This document shows, one piece after another, positions 38,802 through 49,593 of a stretch of 64,000 bases of DNA. Every line of letters begins with the position of its first letter. The stretch's first letter is position 1. The notes beneath the pieces were generated by a model. It was given only the letters and a program-made list of their open reading frames with translations. It searched no databases and was not told the DNA's origin. The position numbers and the translations under genes are program-made. This DNA is from Spirochaetia bacterium (lineage in GTDB: Bacteria; Spirochaetota; Spirochaetia; UBA9216), in assembly GCA_963675665.1 (NCBI GenBank), contig OY776510.1:4960001-5024000 (forward strand), written 5' to 3'.

Positions 38802-39389
38802 TCACAGTCCCAGGACTTCATAGAGGTGAGATTCAAAACGCTTGCGGTCAATATCGCCGTTCAGATAAAGAGACAGAAGCTTACGAACCTGCTCCGGGAA
38901 GGATCTCCAGTACTTGTCTTTCCAGCCGGGAATTTCATTCTCCATCTGCACCTGCTCGGCAGGACTCATGGCGCCCTCGCTGTACTCCACAAACTGCTGA
39001 ACCATTTGAATTATCATGCCTGCCGGAAGACTGTCCCCTGATGCCGCACTGTTCTTACGGCCGCGGCCCACCCTGCCTCCGGCCGACTCGGGCATGAATT
39101 CTGAAAGAAGTTCCCGGACCTGCGCATCGGAAAGCTCAGGCGCATTCTGTCTTATAATGTCAGCGGCAAAACCGGCCGCCATCCGGGAAATCATTTTCTT
39201 TGAACCTTCAAGCTGATCGGTTATATTGTCCGAAGATTGTGCCGCAAGTTTTGCAGGGTTAAGCCCCATCACTGGAGCATTCCGTTTATCCGAATAACGT
39301 TTTTCAAGCGCCGACTTTATTACTTCAAGATCATCGTAATCGGCAATATTAAGAATATATTCGACTATGCTGTACAGCCGTTTATCCAA
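38802..39389 (-). CDS. Hypothetical helical protein
   Basis: Long ORF; probable TTG start overlapping the MFS stop codon (translational coupling). Confidence 0.65.
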   Translation of the reverse strand: MDKRLYSIVEYILNIADYDDLEVIKSALEKRYSDKRNAPVMGLNPAKLAAQSSDNITDQLEGSKKMISRMAAGFAADIIRQNAPELSDAQVRELLSEFMPESAGGRVGRGRKNSAASGDSLPAGMIIQMVQQFVEYSEGAMSPAEQVQMENEIPGWKDKYWRSFPEQVRKLLSLYLNGDIDRKRFESHLYEVLGL

Positions 39390-40635
39390 CTTTCCGTTTC
39401 TCCGTAAAATATAATACAGCAAGGCCCGCCGCGGCGGCAAGCGCAAAAACTCCGCAAAGGGGCCAAACCTGGCGTACTGAATTATGCTCAATAAATTTAC
39501 CCATCAGGTACGGAGAAATTGCGTGACCGGCCCCGATAATTATCGGCACAATCGAGTTTACCCTGCCCCGGTGCGACATCGGCGTATGGTTTGCAATATA
39601 CACATCAATATTGGTTGCGCCCAGGATCTCGCCGATGGTCCAGATCAAGGCCGTAATTATAATAATGTAATAAACATAACCGAAATAAATACCTCCGAAA
39701 CCAAAGGCATACAGTATTGCAGCCAGGAGGGTGGCAAGAATAGGCTTCATATTTTTTGTCAGACCTATAATAAAGGTTGTACCCATGATTACAACAAGAG
39801 CATTAAAGGTCATTGTTGTTCCGTACATGACAGCTCCCTCCGCCCCGAACACTTCATTGAGGAAAAGGGGCAAGGAGAATGTCATCTGCGCATAAACAAA
39901 ATTCAGGACCATCACAAGCAGAATAAAAATAAAGAGTCCGGGCCGGCGTCTGAGAACCGAGATAACTGAACCCGTTTCAGCCTTTTCGGGATTTTTTCCT
40001 TCAGCGGCTGAACTCAGACTTTCCTTAATGCTTTCATGGGAGGGCTTTGTTTCCGTAACGAACAGCACTACAAGGATAATTGACAAGAAAGTTGTAAGAG
40101 CATCACCGCTGAACAGCCAGTAAGGCCTGCTGTTGTACATAAGCCCCGCAAGCAGCGGACCAACGGCAAAACCAAGATTGTGCCCAAGGTACAGAAGCGA
40201 AAAAGCAGCTTTCCGGTTTTCAGGTCTGCTCAGATCGGTAATCATAGCTGTTGATGTCGGGTGCACTATACCCATAAAAAACTCAGCCGAAACAATGAAA
40301 ATCGGAATAATCTGTTTGTCGGGAACAATCGCACACAGCAGAAAACTGCCGGCCGCAAGAAATTGGGCTGCTACAAGAATACGTTTTCTACCAAAAGCAT
40401 CCGAGATCTTTCCGCCTATAAGCGAACCCGGAACAAAACTGATACTGACAAGCATCAGGATAAGCCCTGCGTCTCCGGCGGAATAATCAAGCTTGTCGGT
40501 TAAAAACAGCGTAAGAAACGGATATACAAAACTTCCGACACTGTTGATAATACGGGCAAAAAAGAGTACATAGATACTTCTTTCAAGCCCCCGATAGATT
40601 CCGAAAGATGATTTGAATACATCAACTATTTTCAT
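39382..40635 (-). CDS. MFS transporter (MdtH/MDR-like)
   Basis: GGKISDAFGRK motif A; about 12 TM helices. Confidence 0.92.
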   Translation of the reverse strand: MKIVDVFKSSFGIYRGLERSIYVLFFARIINSVGSFVYPFLTLFLTDKLDYSAGDAGLILMLVSISFVPGSLIGGKISDAFGRKRILVAAQFLAAGSFLLCAIVPDKQIIPIFIVSAEFFMGIVHPTSTAMITDLSRPENRKAAFSLLYLGHNLGFAVGPLLAGLMYNSRPYWLFSGDALTTFLSIILVVLFVTETKPSHESIKESLSSAAEGKNPEKAETGSVISVLRRRPGLFIFILLVMVLNFVYAQMTFSLPLFLNEVFGAEGAVMYGTTMTFNALVVIMGTTFIIGLTKNMKPILATLLAAILYAFGFGGIYFGYVYYIIIITALIWTIGEILGATNIDVYIANHTPMSHRGRVNSIVPIIIGAGHAISPYLMGKFIEHNSVRQVWPLCGVFALAAAAGLAVLYFTEKRKVG

Positions 40636-41723
40636 TTGCCGGTTATATCCCGTTTAAGAAGTTCAAAACGCTCAAGAATAGGAAGATGCTGTGTACAGGC
40701 CGCTTCACATTTACCGCATTTTGTACATCGCCCGAGCTCGTCTATCGTCATTGCCCAGTGCCATTTCAGTCTTTCGGCGGCCTTGTATTTGCTGTTAATC
40801 ATCGTGTGGTTGTAGGTTTCCATAAAAGCCCATACGGGTATATCAACCGGGCAAACATTACAATATCCGCAGGTTGTGCACATCGACTGAAAATCATCCT
40901 GGATCCTGGCTTTCAAAGCGGAGATCTCTTTCTCATTGTAGGGCTTGAAGTTCTCAACAGCCGACTCAGCATCATCAATATGGGCCTTGTTTCCAAAACC
41001 TACAAGAGCGGAGCTGATCCCGGGATTTGAAAGCAGAAAATGAAGCGATGCATCTACAATCGACTGTTTATCATGCATCCTGATAAAAGAAAATTCATCG
41101 GGATTATCAACAATCATACCTCCGCCGAGCGGGTTCATAATTACAAGACCCATTTTCTTTTCAACAGCAGCCTTTACCCCTTCTTCACGAAACGGGAAAT
41201 TTATTGCCGAATAACCCAGAGTAATGCCTTCAAATTCTTCAGTTTCGAGAAGGTTTCTTATCTCAATACCGCTCATGTGAGTTGAAATTGATATGTGTTT
41301 GACAAGACCCTCGTCCTTCAGTTTTCTAAACTCGTCAATAACTCCGGCAGCCTTTCTCTCTGCATAATCCCCCGGTGTAAGCACACACCAGAGATGATAA
41401 AAATCAATACAGTCCGTTTTCATTCTCACAAGAGAATGTTCAATATCCTTTCGAACCCCGGCAGGATCTTTTGCCATTGATTTTGTCGAGTAATAGAAGT
41501 CCTTTCCGGTTCTTTCCAGTTCCTTTCGGGCATGCCCAAATATTTCTTCTGATTTTCCTTTGAAGTAAAAAGTTGCAGTGTCAAAATAGTTTATACCGTG
41601 TTCAAGAGCATATACCAGAAGCTCAGCCGATTCATCATAATCATGCGGCTTCTCAAATCTCATACCGCCGAAACCAATTGAGGATATTCTTTTGCCGGTT
41701 TTTCCATATTCCCTGTAAATCAA
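40632..41723 (-). CDS. Aldo/keto reductase with C-terminal 4Fe-4S dicluster
   Basis: GFGGMR, YFDTA..Y, CTTCGYCNVCP and CTKCGKCEAAC. Confidence 0.92.
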   Translation of the reverse strand: MIYREYGKTGKRISSIGFGGMRFEKPHDYDESAELLVYALEHGINYFDTATFYFKGKSEEIFGHARKELERTGKDFYYSTKSMAKDPAGVRKDIEHSLVRMKTDCIDFYHLWCVLTPGDYAERKAAGVIDEFRKLKDEGLVKHISISTHMSGIEIRNLLETEEFEGITLGYSAINFPFREEGVKAAVEKKMGLVIMNPLGGGMIVDNPDEFSFIRMHDKQSIVDASLHFLLSNPGISSALVGFGNKAHIDDAESAVENFKPYNEKEISALKARIQDDFQSMCTTCGYCNVCPVDIPVWAFMETYNHTMINSKYKAAERLKWHWAMTIDELGRCTKCGKCEAACTQHLPILERFELLKRDITGK

Positions 41724-41747
41724 TTTTTAACTCCAAAACGAACAAGG

Positions 41748-41920
41748 CTGAATGTTTAATGTGCGCAACCGGTTGGCTAAACAGCTTGCCCTTTCACACC
41801 AAAAATAAAAGTCAAAATATAAATTTTGACTTTTTCTACCGGTTATATCCTGGACGTTTATTTACGAAGTAAATAAACTCCTGAATGTTTAATGTGCGCA
41901 ACCAGCGCACATTAAACATT
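41748..41920. repeat. Mosaic hairpin element with a 23-bp direct repeat
   Basis: CTGAATGTTTAATGTGCGCAACC at 41748-41770 and 41881-41903; 16-bp stem 41884-41920; further hairpins AAAAGTCAAAAT/ATTTTGACTTTT and GTTTATTTAC/GTAAATAAAC. Confidence 0.8.
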
Positions 41921-43021
41921 AAACTTAAAATGCATCACATCGCCATCTTTTACAATGTAGTTCTTTCCTTCCTGCCTCAGTTTCCCGGCTTTCCTGATTG
42001 CGTCTTCGGAACCGTATTCAAACAAATCATCACAATGATAAACCTCAGCCTTGATGAAGCCTTTCTGAAAGTCGGTATGAATAACGCCCGCGGCTTCAGG
42101 AGCAAAGGCTCCGCTTCGGAAAGTCCATGCCCGGTTTTCATCGGCGCCTGCGGTAAAGAAGGTGCGCAGCCCCAGTGCGCTATAAGTCTTATGAATCAGC
42201 CTGGATAACCCGGACTCTTCAAGTCCGGCTTCTTCCAGAAACTCTTTCTTTTCCTCTTCCGTTTCAAGAGCAGCTATATCTGCTTCAAGTGCTCCGCATA
42301 TTACTACTGTCTCGGCGTCTTCCGTATCAGCAATGGCTTTTACCTTTTCAACATACGAATTCCCGCTCTCAAGTCCGGCTTCATCGACATTACAGACAAA
42401 CATCTGCTTCTTCATTGTAATCAGCTGCAGTTCACGGATATCTTCAAGCTGTTCATCGGTGAACTCAAGAGTGCGGGCCGCCCGGCCTTCAGACAGGTTC
42501 TCTTTAAGCAGCTCCAGCACAGGCATCATCGCATTCGCTTTCTTTGAAATGTCCTTGTCCGGAGAACGGAGCTGCTTGGCCGATTTTTCAATCCGTTTTT
42601 CCACGGTTCCAAGGTCGGCAAGAGCAAGCTCGATGTTTATTATCTCAATATCCGAATCGGGATCTATCCGGCCGCCTACATGCGTAATGTCATCATTATC
42701 AAAACAGCGGACTACATGAACAATCATGCCCACCTGCCTGATATGAGAAAGAAACTGGTTGCCCAGACCTTCTCCTTTAGAGGCGCCCTTTACAAGGCCG
42801 GCAATATCAACAAATTCCACTATTGCAGGTATTTCCTTTGCCGGAACAATTATTTCCGAGATTTTCTTAAGACGTTCATCAGGGACATTTACTATTCCGA
42901 CATTGGGATCTATTGTGCAAAAAGGATAATTCGCAGCCTCAGCGGGCGCGGATGTAAGCGCAGAAAAAATTGTCGATTTCCCGACATTGGGAAGCCCGAC
43001 AATTCCGCAGTTTAAAGCCAT
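41912..43021 (-). CDS. ychF: Ribosome-binding ATPase YchF
   Basis: [30 protein letters not shown]-terminus [11 protein letters not shown]. Confidence 0.97.
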   Translation of the reverse strand: MALNCGIVGLPNVGKSTIFSALTSAPAEAANYPFCTIDPNVGIVNVPDERLKKISEIIVPAKEIPAIVEFVDIAGLVKGASKGEGLGNQFLSHIRQVGMIVHVVRCFDNDDITHVGGRIDPDSDIEIINIELALADLGTVEKRIEKSAKQLRSPDKDISKKANAMMPVLELLKENLSEGRAARTLEFTDEQLEDIRELQLITMKKQMFVCNVDEAGLESGNSYVEKVKAIADTEDAETVVICGALEADIAALETEEEKKEFLEEAGLEESGLSRLIHKTYSALGLRTFFTAGADENRAWTFRSGAFAPEAAGVIHTDFQKGFIKAEVYHCDDLFEYGSEDAIRKAGKLRQEGKNYIVKDGDVMHFKFNV

Positions 43022-43034
43022 TGTGTCCTCCGGG

Positions 43035-43478
43035 TTAAAGATATATTACAAGTGAAACTATCAGTCCAAGAACCGCGCCGAAAAAAACCTGGGGAAGCGT
43101 ATGTCCCAGAAGCGTCTTCAGTTTCTGCGGCTCAAAGCCGTCCCTGAAGGCGTCATCCCAGACCTGAATAAGTTCATTCAGGATTTCCGCATGTCTTCCT
43201 GCAGCACGCCTGATACCGCATGCATCATACATTACTATAAATGCAAGAACGAGAGATATGGTAAATTCAGTGCTTGCAAAACCTTCGGTAAATCCTACCG
43301 ATACTGCCAGCGCTGTAACTGACGAAGAATGAGAAGACGGCATACCGCCGGTCCCTCTCAGCCGCTGGGCATCGAGCTTGCCTTCCGTGATCAGAACTGT
43401 TAAAACTTTAAGAATCTGCGCTGCAATAAGAGAGATTATTACAGACCATAAAATCCTGTTTCCAAAAATTTCTTGCAA
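43035..43478 (-). CDS. Divergent PAP2 family protein (DUF212)
   Basis: GGMPSSHS, VMYDA.G.RR, GHT..QV..G. Confidence 0.92.
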   Translation of the reverse strand: MQEIFGNRILWSVIISLIAAQILKVLTVLITEGKLDAQRLRGTGGMPSSHSSSVTALAVSVGFTEGFASTEFTISLVLAFIVMYDACGIRRAAGRHAEILNELIQVWDDAFRDGFEPQKLKTLLGHTLPQVFFGAVLGLIVSLVIYL

Positions 43479-43542
43479 TTCATTCTCCGTAAATTCTCGA
43501 GTTTATAGATTATAAAGCTTAAAATCCATCGTGAAAAGCCTC

Positions 43543-43734
43543 TTAATCTCTGATTCGCGGAGATTTGATGAATGAAGGGCAATGCTTTCCTGTGGCTTTA
43601 AAAACAGAAATGGACGGCAGTTCACGTCCTTTAACCCCGAACATCACGCATCCCCGCGGAAACCTGCGGTCCCAGGTAACCTTGTAGTATTTGCATTTCA
43701 GACAATCAGGAGCCTTTAAAGGGTTTTCTGCCAT
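43543..43734 (-). CDS. Small Cys-rich conserved protein
   Basis: CLKCKYYKVTWD..FP.GC..FG.K...PS..V...TG..C pattern. Confidence 0.75.
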   Translation of the reverse strand: MAENPLKAPDCLKCKYYKVTWDRRFPRGCVMFGVKGRELPSISVFKATGKHCPSFIKSPRIRD

Positions 43735-43770
43735 ATATTAAATATCGTAAAGATATTGTATATTATTAAT

Positions 43771-44490
43771 ATGAAAAACGAACGATATCAAAGACAGCTT
43801 CTTCTTGAAAAAGATTACGGGTTCAATCAGAACAAACTTGCTTCCTCAACGGTATTTATTGCAGGAACAGGCGGATTGGGCAGCCCGGCGGCATTTTACC
43901 TGGCAGCCGCCGGCATTGGAAGAATAATCATCTGCGATAACGACGAAGTTGATTTGTCCAACCTTAACAGACAGATTCTGCACACCTCCAGCCGGTTAGG
44001 CATGCGCAAAACACAATCAGCAGCGATTCAGCTTTCAGACCTGAATCCTGAAATTATTATTGAACAGCGCGATTCACTGATTGACGGCGATCTGTCCGAA
44101 CTTGCCGATGGAGCCGATATTATTATCGACTGTCTCGATAATATCAAAGCACGCTATGTATTAAACGATTATTCAATCAGGACAGGAACCCCTGTCGTTC
44201 ACGGCGGTATAAACGGTTACGCCGGACAGATCAGTTTTATTTCGCCGCCTGAAACTGCATGTATAAGATGCATATTTCCCGAACCCTATAAGAGCAATAG
44301 TCCGATTCCCGTTCTCGGCGCTGTTGCCGGCATGATAGGCTCGATGCAGGCTATGGAAGCGATAAAATACCTGACAGGCCGCGGCAATCTGTTAAAAAAC
44401 AGCCTTTATATTATGGACGGCTTTACAAACGAGTCGGAAATTCTCCGTCTTGAAAAAAACCCGTCCTGCCCGGCCTGCGGAAAGAAATGA
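43771..44490 (+). CDS. HesA/MoeB/ThiF-family adenylyltransferase
   Basis: RYQRQ, GTGGLG, SNLNRQ, DCLDN, CxxC pairs. Confidence 0.92.
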   Translation: MKNERYQRQLLLEKDYGFNQNKLASSTVFIAGTGGLGSPAAFYLAAAGIGRIIICDNDEVDLSNLNRQILHTSSRLGMRKTQSAAIQLSDLNPEIIIEQRDSLIDGDLSELADGADIIIDCLDNIKARYVLNDYSIRTGTPVVHGGINGYAGQISFISPPETACIRCIFPEPYKSNSPIPVLGAVAGMIGSMQAMEAIKYLTGRGNLLKNSLYIMDGFTNESEILRLEKNPSCPACGKK

Positions 44491-44515
44491 AACCCCGACA
44501 GCCGTCCGTCCTGTT

Positions 44516-47365
44516 TTATTGTGCCTGGTGTTCGGGGTTTAACCGCACCCTGATGTAACTGTCGGTATCAAGATATTCACGAACAGTCCGCACAACCGAC
44601 TCTTTACTGATCTTTTCATTAAACAATTCGGGCGTCAGGATTTCCTCCGGATCATCACCGTAACCGAATGATTCTTCAAGATGATTGAGCCAGAAAACAT
44701 TTTCTTCAACAGACTTTTCATACCCGCGGCGATATTGCTGCTCTTCCCTGACAATATACTGCTCTTCAAGTTCTCCCGCCGAAACAGCCGTAATAACATC
44801 AATGACCTTCCGTGAAAGCTCATCGGAACGGTCCGGATCACAGCCGAACTCTATATGAACTGATGCAGACGGCCAGGGCTCGCGCATAACAGAAGGATTA
44901 ACCGCAATATGATATGTTCCGCCAAGCTCTTCTCTCAAAGTCTCGCGCATCAGGGTTTCAAGTACCTGTGCTGTTATTTCAATCTGAAGCTCGATATCAG
45001 GAGACCATTCTTTCAGTTCATTTGTAAACGACATTCTGACCCTGCCCTGCTGTTCGATTCCGCGATAAACTGTTTCATCTACCGGACCGGCAGGAGGTCT
45101 GACGCCCAGATCTGCCGGTTCTTCATGGTGAACACCGGAAGGAAGCGATGCAACCCACACCTGAACAGCTTCTTCGAGCGCGGTCTTATCCACATTTCCG
45201 GTAAAAACAAAGATGAAATCGTCCGCACCGCCGAAACGGGTTTCATATACTTCACGCGCCAACCCGGGCTCAAGCATGGCCAGCCTTTCCTGATCGAGAG
45301 GACGGCTTCTGAAGCTGTCCCGGGTCAGGATTTCGGCAATTCTGTCGTAATAATCATTCATCGGATCCGCACTGCGATTTTCAATCAGGCTCTCAAGACG
45401 GGTAACAAGGTTTCCGGCTGCGGATTCATCAAAATCGGGGGCGGTAAAATACAGATATACAAGCTGCATAAACGGGGTAATCTCTTCGGGTGAAAAACTG
45501 CCGGAAATCCCTTCGAAATAATTGCCTATATATGGAGAAAGCCTGATACTCAGTCCCGCAAGTTTCTTTTCAAGCTGAACAGCGTTAAATTCCCCGAGGC
45601 CGCTTAAAGACAGCAATAGCGGAGCATAACGGCCTGAAATAAACTGTTCGTCCGGATGAAGCGATAATCCCCCGCGGCTGAAAGCGGAAAACAGAATTTC
45701 ATCATCACGAAAATCGGTCTTTCGGATAATAACATCAGCTCCGTTTGAAAGATGCCAGAGTTCAGTATCAATCGATTCATAATAACTGCGTTCATCAACA
45801 GCACCCGCTTCCGGAATATTTTCCACCAGATCTCTTTCAAGCGAATCATCAAAATATTTATCCAGCGTCATACTGCTTCCGGATTCAGCTATCCTGATAA
45901 TTTCTTCTTCATCGGGAACTTCCGCCCCTTCAGGATATATTATAGTCACGGTCCGACCGGCGCCGGGAAGCATTCCGACAGCATATTCATTTATCTCGTC
46001 CAGGCTGATTGACGGTATAAAGCGTTTATATAATTCATACTCCGCCTGTATGCCCGGCATGAATACATCATTCAGGTAATATTCGGTAAGCTCTTCTGCA
46101 AAACCTGACGAAGGAATATTTTCCCTTTCGCGGTAATATTCCTCGATCGATTTGAGATATTCAGCGCGCTTGCGTTCCAGTTCGGCTTCGGAGAATCCGT
46201 ACCTGGCCGCTCTTTCAAGCTCGGCAACAAGCGAAGTAAGCGCTTCTTCAACCATGTCGGTATCTACCGAAGCATAACAGCTGATGTTTCCGGCGGATCT
46301 GACAATTCGTCCTGTTCCGCCGCCGGCGCCTATAAAAGGAGGTTCGGGTTTTCTGGCAATTTCATCAAGCCGGTTGTTAAACATCGACCAGGTCATGGAC
46401 TCGGCAAGCATGCTTCGGTAATCACTCTCGGTTCGGCGGTCCGGCTTTTCGGTTTTCACGGAAATTTCTATTGAAGAATAGGTCAGCTCCGGGTCTTCTA
46501 TTATGCACAGTTCGGTCTCCGTCCCGACTGCAACCGGGATTTCCGGACGTACCGCAGGTTCTTCCGGCGCCGGATACGAGAAATAATTCTCAATCAGGGT
46601 ACGGGCTTTGTCCGGTTCAATATCTCCGGCGACTATAACCGCCATCAGTGACGGGCGATACCATTTCTTATAGAAATCACGAAGTCTCTGAGGGGGGGCG
46701 TTCATTACTACATCCATCTTGCCTATAGGAAGCCGCTCCGCATACAGCGAGTCTTTGAATAAAACGGGAACCATCTTGTCCAGGATTCTTCCGGAAGCGC
46801 CTCTTCCCAGCCGCCATTCCTCCTGTATGACTCCGCGCTCCTTTTCAACCTCTTCATCCTCATAGCTGACAAGATGCGCCCAGTCTTCAAGTACCTGAAA
46901 TGCATTATTAATAATTTCATCATCATCCGTCGGAATCTCAAGCATATAGACGGTTTCATCAAAACCGGTATAAGCATTAATCTCGGGGCCGAATGCCATT
47001 CCTATCGACTCAAGATAGTCAACCAGTTCCATTTTCGCGAAATGTTCGGTTCCGTTGAATGCCATATGTTCGCAGAAATGGGCAAGCCCCTGCTGGTCAT
47101 CCTCTTCAAGCACCGAACCGGCGTTTACAACAAGCCGCAGAGATGCGCGCCCGGCGGGCTCCCGGTTCGGTCTTATATACCAGTGAAGACCGTTCTCCAG
47201 TACGCCGGATTTAACCAGCGGATCAAGAGCAATGGCCTGCTCTTCCTGAGACTGTAATTCTTCCGGTCCGGCCGGCTGGTTTACCGAGCTGCAGGTGGTA
47301 ATCAGCAATAACGATAGAACTGCAGAAATTAATACCAAGAATCTTTTAAAAAAACGGATGTACAT
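44516..47365 (-). CDS. M16B zinc protease lipoprotein (PqqL-like)
   Basis: HFCEH inverted zinc motif, NAYT, KERGVIQEE; lipobox ITT|C; GGAGG RBS. Confidence 0.92.
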   Translation of the reverse strand: MYIRFFKRFLVLISAVLSLLLITTCSSVNQPAGPEELQSQEEQAIALDPLVKSGVLENGLHWYIRPNREPAGRASLRLVVNAGSVLEEDDQQGLAHFCEHMAFNGTEHFAKMELVDYLESIGMAFGPEINAYTGFDETVYMLEIPTDDDEIINNAFQVLEDWAHLVSYEDEEVEKERGVIQEEWRLGRGASGRILDKMVPVLFKDSLYAERLPIGKMDVVMNAPPQRLRDFYKKWYRPSLMAVIVAGDIEPDKARTLIENYFSYPAPEEPAVRPEIPVAVGTETELCIIEDPELTYSSIEISVKTEKPDRRTESDYRSMLAESMTWSMFNNRLDEIARKPEPPFIGAGGGTGRIVRSAGNISCYASVDTDMVEEALTSLVAELERAARYGFSEAELERKRAEYLKSIEEYYRERENIPSSGFAEELTEYYLNDVFMPGIQAEYELYKRFIPSISLDEINEYAVGMLPGAGRTVTIIYPEGAEVPDEEEIIRIAESGSSMTLDKYFDDSLERDLVENIPEAGAVDERSYYESIDTELWHLSNGADVIIRKTDFRDDEILFSAFSRGGLSLHPDEQFISGRYAPLLLSLSGLGEFNAVQLEKKLAGLSIRLSPYIGNYFEGISGSFSPEEITPFMQLVYLYFTAPDFDESAAGNLVTRLESLIENRSADPMNDYYDRIAEILTRDSFRSRPLDQERLAMLEPGLAREVYETRFGGADDFIFVFTGNVDKTALEEAVQVWVASLPSGVHHEEPADLGVRPPAGPVDETVYRGIEQQGRVRMSFTNELKEWSPDIELQIEITAQVLETLMRETLREELGGTYHIAVNPSVMREPWPSASVHIEFGCDPDRSDELSRKVIDVITAVSAGELEEQYIVREEQQYRRGYEKSVEENVFWLNHLEESFGYGDDPEEILTPELFNEKISKESVVRTVREYLDTDSYIRVRLNPEHQAQ

Positions 47366-47398
47366 GACTTCCTCCCGATTTACTGATATAATACTATT

Positions 47399-49540
47399 GT
47401 GTTTCAGCAAATCGATCAACTAAATAAGGATTCCTGGGATAACACCGGCAATAATCCTGTTGAAGCTCTCGGCAAAGCCGAACAGGCGTTGCAGATGTCC
47501 CGCTCAGGGAAGTACCCTCTCGGCATTGCTGAAAGTTTACTCAATATAGGCAGATGTTGTACCGCTACAGCCGGATATGATAAAGCCCTTGAAGTTTTAA
47601 ACCAGGCTGTTGAACAGTTCAGGGTACAAAGCGGCGATCAGGCAGAACTCGGAGAAATGAGAAGTCTGAATGCGCTTGGGGAGGCCTCCTTTGAACTGCA
47701 GGATTATGAAAGCGCACTGAATTATTATTTTATGACGCTGACGCAGGCTGAAATGTCCGGCAATGATGAAATCAAAATTCTGGCGCTGAACAATATCGGA
47801 GAAATTCACAACCTGATAAATAATTCCGAAGAGGCTCTCAGTTATGTTTATCAGGCCTTCCAGATAGCCAGGCAGATCAATGACGAGCCGGGCATGGCGA
47901 TATCAAGAATCAATCTGGGCGAACTCTATCTCAAACTGAACGACCTGGCTGAAGCTGAAGAATATTTCAGTAAGGCACTTATATTTTCCGAAGACAATAA
48001 TAATACCCAGGCTATAGCAGATTCATGCTTCGGTCTGGGAAGAATTCAGCTGGCGCGGGAAGAGTATTTCGGAGCTGAAGACAAACTGACCAGGGCTTGT
48101 GAGCTTTATACCAAAATAGGCGACATATCCTCGGTTGCCGAATGCAACTACCAGTTCAGCCTGATAGGGCTTAATAATAAAAAGTACACCGAAGCAAAAA
48201 GATATCTGGAAGACGCCCGGGAAACAGCGGAAAAGCTTAACGCTACAGGATTGTTAAGCAGGTGCATGCAAAAACTTTCGGAAATTTACAAAGCCGAGGA
48301 AGACTTCAGGAAAGCGCTTGATTTTTTTGAAGTTTTTCACAAACTTGAAGAAGATCTGCGTAACGACAATCTGAAAAACAGGCTTAAAAAGATAACAATA
48401 CTTTATGAAACCGAACAGACCGAAACCGAAAAAGAGGCTTACCGGATGCAGTCTCTTCAACTTGAAAAATCAAACAAGGAAATTGAATTTATCAATCAGA
48501 TAGGCAGGGAAATCACATCGTCACTGCATATGGATGACATAATACATAATACCTGCAGCAGGATGTCCGAGATACTTAATATCACCGGATTCGGCATTGC
48601 GCTTTACGATGCAGACAACAAGAATATTGAATACAATTTTATAGTAGAAAACAGTGAACGGAGTACACCTGTTTCAGTTCCGGCGGACAGTGAAACAAGC
48701 CTGACGGTCTGGTGTATAAAAAACAGAAAATCAGTTCTGGTCAACAAGCGCAGCGAGGCTCAAAAATACATTAAAGTATGGAGTTCAAATTCAGACGATC
48801 CTCCGAATTCTGCGATATTCGTTCCGATGATGCATGGAAACAAGCTGGTCGGCTGTGTCACTGTACAGCATACAGATGAAAACGCTTATACCGAAAATGA
48901 TGTTGATCTCGTACAGGCGGTTTCAACATTTCTGGCGATAGCTATAGATAATTCAAAAGTTCATCAGGAACTCAATAAACTGAATGAAATCATCACTTCG
49001 GAAAAAAGAGGTCTTGAGGTTGCCTATCGCAAGATCGCCCATATGGCAAACCATGATACACTGACGGATCTTCCCAACCGCAATCTCCTGAACGAGCTGC
49101 TTAAACGGGGAATCAGAATTTCAGCAAGAGAAAAACAGAAGCTTGCCGTCTTTTATATGGATCTGGATAAGTTTAAACCCATAAACGACACCCTCGGGCA
49201 TGAGAGCGGAGACCAGGTACTTGGAATCGTAGCGGAACGATTGAATGAAACCCTGAGGACCTCGGATACTGTGGCAAGAATAGGCGGGGATGAATTTGTC
49301 GCCGTGCTCTATAACATTGAATCGGAAGAAGGCGTGATGTCGGCTGCCGGTAAAATTATACAGTCTCTCGGAGAAGAGATCGTACTGAAAGGACGCACTT
49401 TCACCATAGGCGTCAGCATCGGCATTTCCATTTATCCCGATAACGGGACAGACATAGACAGCCTGCTGCTGAAAGCGGACAAGGCCATGTACCAGGCAAA
49501 ACAGGCCGGACGCAACAGGGCACTGTTCTACGGAAAATAA
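47399..49540 (+). CDS. TPR-GAF-GGDEF diguanylate cyclase
   Basis: TPR repeats, GAF region, DTLTDLPNR, RTSD I-site, IGGDEF. Confidence 0.93.
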   Translation: MFQQIDQLNKDSWDNTGNNPVEALGKAEQALQMSRSGKYPLGIAESLLNIGRCCTATAGYDKALEVLNQAVEQFRVQSGDQAELGEMRSLNALGEASFELQDYESALNYYFMTLTQAEMSGNDEIKILALNNIGEIHNLINNSEEALSYVYQAFQIARQINDEPGMAISRINLGELYLKLNDLAEAEEYFSKALIFSEDNNNTQAIADSCFGLGRIQLAREEYFGAEDKLTRACELYTKIGDISSVAECNYQFSLIGLNNKKYTEAKRYLEDARETAEKLNATGLLSRCMQKLSEIYKAEEDFRKALDFFEVFHKLEEDLRNDNLKNRLKKITILYETEQTETEKEAYRMQSLQLEKSNKEIEFINQIGREITSSLHMDDIIHNTCSRMSEILNITGFGIALYDADNKNIEYNFIVENSERSTPVSVPADSETSLTVWCIKNRKSVLVNKRSEAQKYIKVWSSNSDDPPNSAIFVPMMHGNKLVGCVTVQHTDENAYTENDVDLVQAVSTFLAIAIDNSKVHQELNKLNEIITSEKRGLEVAYRKIAHMANHDTLTDLPNRNLLNELLKRGIRISAREKQKLAVFYMDLDKFKPINDTLGHESGDQVLGIVAERLNETLRTSDTVARIGGDEFVAVLYNIESEEGVMSAAGKIIQSLGEEIVLKGRTFTIGVSIGISIYPDNGTDIDSLLLKADKAMYQAKQAGRNRALFYGK

Positions 49541-49593
49541 AAAAAGGAGCAATTTAAAGTTAACTGCCCCTTTTAGAGTATACTTATCAGATA

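Noticed and set aside
39390-39491. Long overlap of the hypothetical ORF with the MFS gene
   Set aside because: A TTG at 39389 coupled to the MFS stop codon is the more plausible start.
43543-43734. Uracil-DNA glycosylase label sometimes given to this small Cys-rich family
   Set aside because: At 63 aa it is too short and lacks UDG catalytic motifs.
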